Shown: positions 60,063 through 64,000 of the stretch, piece after piece
Position numbering within the stretch: position 1 is the stretch's first letter
Layout of the letters: each line of letters starts with the position of its first letter
DNA from: a bacterium
GTDB taxonomy: Bacteria > Babelota > Babeliae > Babelales > JAUWHS01
Length of the DNA: 64,000 bases
Direction of reading: 5' to 3'
NCBI GenBank assembly: GCA_043818275.1
Contig: JBDRFY010000050.1
Span: forward strand, 10,217-74,216
Notes under the pieces: model-generated
The model's database searches: none
The model's input: only the letters and a program-made list of their open reading frames with translations
What the model was told of the DNA's origin: nothing
Made by a program: the position numbers and the translations under genes

Positions 60063-60828
60063 CTATTTTCTAAACTTCTTATTAAATTGCGTACTTGTTG
60101 ATGTTGTAGTTCTTTCATCTGTAAAATCCTGTCCAACTTTGCGTTTAGTTGATCTTCTATCTCCAAAATAAGAAGACCCTGTATTTTCATTTTTAGGCCA
60201 ATTTCTTTCAACTGGATGATTTGTATAATAAAGGTTTGCTTCAAGAGCTGATTTAAATCTCAAGGGATCATTCTTTTTTCTTTTCTTTGTTTTTATTATA
60301 TGCCCAGAAGAATTTCTTTTAGGTATCAATTCTTCAGGATAATCGGTTGCATAATATAATTTGGCTTCATTAGCAGAAGAAAATTCAGTTGGATTCACAA
60401 AAGGCTTTTTTCTAATTCTACTTTGTCGTTTTTTTAACCTGGAATTATATTCTTTTAAATGTTTTTCATTTAAATCTTCGCCTGCATACTCAACAGCCAT
60501 ACCTAAAAAATCTCCAATCAGTTCTGGCGCAGCATCAACAATAGCATTTGAACCGAAACGGGCAAATTCATTTATACAATCACCAGCTGTTTCCTTTATA
60601 TTTTGCCATAACGATTTTTGATCATTTTTTTCTATTATTGAGCTATCTTTGTTAAAATCAATGGCTTGCTTATCTTGCTCTTCAATTTCTGTTAATTCCT
60701 CATGACTTTCTTCCGCCGTTCCCACTTCTTCTTTTTTTTCTTCTTTTGTTTGCGATTGCTCCTGTTTTTCAACCCAAGAATTATATAATCTCTTCTGCTG
60801 TTCCGATAAAGAGTCAATGCCTTCGGAG
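60063..60828 (-). pseudogene. Orphan 3' module (alternative C-terminus) of the 61637..64000 gene
   Basis: SEGIDSLSEQQKRLYNSWVEKQEQSQTKEE matches SEGIGSLSEPQKRLYNTWVQKQEFSQTKEE of the long ORF. The nominal TTG start lies in the antisense of a duplicated promoter. Confidence 0.72.
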
Positions 60829-60988
60829 CCTTTTTTTATCCCAACTTTGCCAACCTCAACTTTCCTGCTAAAATCAAACAACTTTTCATTTTAAAATTTA
60901 AATAGGAATCAAAATGTTCAAAAAATTATTTTTCATAACAACTCTTTTTTTATTCACCTCAATTTGTGCGCAAGAAGAAAATCAAACA
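60823..60988 (+). repeat. Direct repeat copy 2
   Basis: Near-identical to 59196-59361, offset by 1627 bp. Confidence 0.92.
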
Positions 60989-61588
60989 CCTTCCGTTGTA
61001 GAAACAACGCAACCAGAAAATAACTTAATTAAAAAAGACTCAAAGGATTTAGATTATCTTTTGGAATTGTATGCAAATGATAAATGGGGTTTTATGGGTA
61101 AAAAGTTTATTGATGAGCCTTACAACAAAAGAGCCGCTTTGAGAAATCTTAAAAACTTAAATGAATTATTTATATTTTTATTAGATCCAATCATCCTCTT
61201 TGTATTGTTCGCAATATTAGCCATAAACACTGACAATAAATATGATAGTAAAACACAAAATAAAATACTTCTTTCTGCCTCAATAATAGAAATAATATTA
61301 ATTATCATAATACACGCAATCACAACAAAGAAGCTAAAAAAACAAATAATTCTAAAAAGTGAAAAATATAATTATGAAACAATAAATGATTTTTTAAAAA
61401 ACTGGGTAACATATAAAAAAATAACCCCAGCAAAATTGCATCCTTTAATTGAAAAATTAACTAAGATTTTTAATTCCTTAAATAAAGAAGACCTTGATAA
61501 AATAATTAACGAAATTAAACAACAAGTTATAGAAAATCACTTAATTTATTATGATAAAAACAGAAAACCTTTAATTATAATTACGTAA
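60914..61588 (+). CDS. Signal-peptide, 2-TM hypothetical protein (partner P2)
   Basis: Paralogue of 59287..60030. Confidence 0.8.
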   Translation: MFKKLFFITTLFLFTSICAQEENQTPSVVETTQPENNLIKKDSKDLDYLLELYANDKWGFMGKKFIDEPYNKRAALRNLKNLNELFIFLLDPIILFVLFAILAINTDNKYDSKTQNKILLSASIIEIILIIIIHAITTKKLKKQIILKSEKYNYETINDFLKNWVTYKKITPAKLHPLIEKLTKIFNSLNKEDLDKIINEIKQQVIENHLIYYDKNRKPLIIIT

Positions 61589-61636
61589 AAACTACATTTG
61601 AACATTAAACAATCATTTACAGCTTTAATTTTAAAT

Positions 61637-64000
61637 TTAAATTCTACGATATTTATCAGATTTGATATTTGATACAAAATTATGTCTTTTAATTCCATGC
61701 TGCATTTCAGTTCCATTATAAAAAGATCCATCAAACCTTGTCCCTCTAAGATTATCTTCTGGGGAACCATTTTTAGGTCTAAATCTAGAAATGGTATTTA
61801 CATCAAATCTTGTTTTCCTTGTTCCTCTACCAGCTTCTTCTAATGAAGCTTCTCTTTCTTTATACCAATGGCTTTTTTGTTCTTGTAAAGGATCTATAGG
61901 TGAGGCATATTTAGCGCTATCATCTAAAAATTCCATCGGCAAACTCCAAAGGGTTTTCAAAAAAAGATCTATCGCTACATCCTTAGCTATTTTTCCAGTA
62001 GGCTCAAAAACCTTTTTAATATTTAATTTAAATTCCTCATAAATTTCATTCCAAAAATAATCGTCTTTTTCTATCTCTTTGTTCATATCACCAGATTTTT
62101 TTAAATCCTTTAACAAATCATTAAAAAAAGCTTGTAATTCAATCTCATCCAAAGATTCTTTAGTTTGTTCAGCAGAGCTCTCTTGACCCTGTTTTTCTTC
62201 AGATTTTTTATTTTGTAATACTTCTTTATTTTCTTCTTTTGTTTGTGAGAATTCCTGTTTTTGAACCCAAGTATTATACAATCTTTTTTGCGGCTCCGAT
62301 AAAGAACCAATTCCTTCAGAATCAACTTTTGTTTTAATTGCTTCCATTGCGTTTTTTAAACGCTCCGCGCGAATATCTCCGACATCTTTTTTTTCAGCTT
62401 TATCCGGAACGGCGCTGTTTTTTCTTTCACCTTTTTTTTCACTGCTATCATGAGTATTTGTATTAGCTAGTTTTTCTGTATTCTTTTGCTTTAACTCATT
62501 CTGATACTTTTCCCAAAAACCATATCTTATTTTTTGTTGTTCGGTTAAAGAATCAACTCCATCAGAATCAACCTTTGCAACAATTGAACTTGTAAGCATT
62601 TTTCTAACTTCTGATTCAATATTTCTGAATTCCAAATGTTCATTTTTATCAAACAAACGGCATTGATTTTTAGCCCAGGTTACTAAGTTTTGAAAGCTTT
62701 CCAGTTCATTTAAATTTAATTCACCATTTCTTGCTCTATCCAAAGAAATATTCCAATTTTTCATAAAGGATTGTTTATTAAAAGATGTTTTTCTTAATTC
62801 TTCTGAAAGCAACTTAACAGAATTTTCTATGCCTGATTTTTCTTTGTTAATATTTTTAGACTGCAAGTCATCTTTACTTACTTGATCCTTTTTTAAAGTT
62901 TTCTGAAAAGCTGCTTTTTCTTTATTTAAATTTGATTCTATTTCATTTATTTTTACTTTTGTGGCTTTTTCTTCCAAACTTTTTTTACATTTTTCAGCAA
63001 ATTTTTCACATGTTTCAAAACGTCTTTGAGCTTTTTTTTGATCTCTAAATGAATGATTCAAATTTCCTTTTAAAAAATTCCATTTTCTATTTCCCAAATT
63101 CAATGCTTCCTTAATCTTTTTTTGACCATCGGAAGAATTCCATAATTTTAAAAATTCTTCCTCGCAATTATCCAACTTGCCAAGAGCTGAAAAAAAATCA
63201 TCTTCTAAAAAATATTTATCTAATCGGTTAACAACATACTCTGTAAAATTTTTATTATTACCCTGGTAAAATCTATAATCAACTTTCAATTCTCCAACAA
63301 AAGATGCAATCTTATCATTAACATCCCAAGGTTTTTCCTTATAGCGTCCTAACTCAAATAATTCTTTTCTAATTTCTTCACGTTCTTTCTCACATTTATC
63401 TAAACTATTGGAATAATCCCATTTAGAAGATTTGCTTAAATTTGAATTTTGCAATGCTTCTTTATAAAAATAAATTGCGCTATCATAATCTTTTAATTTA
63501 GAATCCAAAGAGTGAATATAAGCTTCTTTATTTTGAAGAACTAATCTGGGCGGTTCGTAATGCTCCCCTTCACGCAAACCAAAATTATCAGTTACTGATG
63601 GAATTGGAGGAAATTCTTTAAAACCATCTGTTTTTTTTGTAGGAGGATTTTCCTCAACGCTTTTTCTTACTGCATCAGCAGTATTTGAAAGAAAATTTTT
63701 TAAATTTCCTTGATTTGTTTTTGTTTCTTCATCATCAACTTCCATCGGCGCAACATTTGAATAATCTGGATTGTTGGTATTTACAGAAATAACAATGGGC
63801 ACATCAAAATTATTATTATTTCCTTTAACCGGAACTTCAAGCATATTCGATTGAGTACCCAAATTTTGATTGACTGGATTTTCCTCACCTGCAAACAAAT
63901 GCTGTGTTTGAGTAAATAAAGATTCCTTTGTTGTATCTATCTCACCTGATTGACCTTCTAATTTTTTATCTGCCTTAGCTTCTGGATTGGCAAATAAATG
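61637..64000 (-). CDS. Large charged coiled-coil protein with internal repeats and variable C-terminus, 5'-truncated by window edge
   Basis: Frame stays open from 63898 to 64000; repeated KVDS.G..SL.E.QK..Y..W motif (two copies). Confidence 0.8.
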   Translation of the reverse strand, partial: HLFANPEAKADKKLEGQSGEIDTTKESLFTQTQHLFAGEENPVNQNLGTQSNMLEVPVKGNNNNFDVPIVISVNTNNPDYSNVAPMEVDDEETKTNQGNLKNFLSNTADAVRKSVEENPPTKKTDGFKEFPPIPSVTDNFGLREGEHYEPPRLVLQNKEAYIHSLDSKLKDYDSAIYFYKEALQNSNLSKSSKWDYSNSLDKCEKEREEIRKELFELGRYKEKPWDVNDKIASFVGELKVDYRFYQGNNKNFTEYVVNRLDKYFLEDDFFSALGKLDNCEEEFLKLWNSSDGQKKIKEALNLGNRKWNFLKGNLNHSFRDQKKAQRRFETCEKFAEKCKKSLEEKATKVKINEIESNLNKEKAAFQKTLKKDQVSKDDLQSKNINKEKSGIENSVKLLSEELRKTSFNKQSFMKNWNISLDRARNGELNLNELESFQNLVTWAKNQCRLFDKNEHLEFRNIESEVRKMLTSSIVAKVDSDGVDSLTEQQKIRYGFWEKYQNELKQKNTEKLANTNTHDSSEKKGERKNSAVPDKAEKKDVGDIRAERLKNAMEAIKTKVDSEGIGSLSEPQKRLYNTWVQKQEFSQTKEENKEVLQNKKSEEKQGQESSAEQTKESLDEIELQAFFNDLLKDLKKSGDMNKEIEKDDYFWNEIYEEFKLNIKKVFEPTGKIAKDVAIDLFLKTLWSLPMEFLDDSAKYASPIDPLQEQKSHWYKEREASLEEAGRGTRKTRFDVNTISRFRPKNGSPEDNLRGTRFDGSFYNGTEMQHGIKRHNFVSNIKSDKYRRI

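Noticed and set aside
60829..60881. N-terminus MFDFSRKVEVGKVGIKK of the 272-aa ORF as a real start
   Set aside because: It is the antisense of the duplicated promoter repeat, with no RBS; homology to the long gene begins only at the junction.
60724..62321. Diversity-generating retroelement TR/VR pair
   Set aside because: Mismatches are not adenine-specific (C/T and G/C changes occur), many are synonymous, and no reverse transcriptase is present in the window.
57406..64000. Integrative element or prophage inserted at tRNA-Arg
   Set aside because: No integrase and no downstream duplication of the tRNA 3' end are visible within the window; it cannot be excluded beyond 64000.

Overview
Strongly AT-rich bacterial chromosome segment. 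The gene content (two tandem Tlc/NTT nucleotide translocases, LRR and ankyrin-like proteins, many lineage-specific signal-peptide proteins) suggests an intracellular protist parasite, most likely Babelota (TM6/Dependentiae); this taxonomy is inferred. The housekeeping backbone includes hflX, gap, rnhA, tatD, hup, sbcC, rodA, waaA, lon, rpsB, dnaX (frameshifted), der, lptB, hpf, gatC, gatA, dus and mreC, plus 4 tRNAs and SRP RNA. Four things stand out. (1) All four tRNAs carry a related palindromic 3' trailer whose stem pairs with the tRNA's own CCA end; three also have a covarying downstream anti-strand. One copy sits directly in front of a small GIY-YIG nuclease, the same repeat family is inserted in-frame in gatC, and REP-interrupted tRNA 'ghost' copies lie next to the Arg tRNAs. 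(2) A 12 kb operon-like array of secreted proteins alternates A-B-A-B-A-B-C; they share a beta-solenoid-like domain, and the B members carry a tectonin-like propeller. (3) A two-gene unit encodes a Venus-flytrap binding protein and a prokaryotic pentameric ligand-gated ion channel homologue. (4) A tandem cassette of convergent gene pairs has conserved ends and a variable interior, resembling polymorphic-toxin orphan modules. No CRISPR array, rRNA, transposase or integrase was seen. All protein calls come from motif recognition by eye, not database searches.
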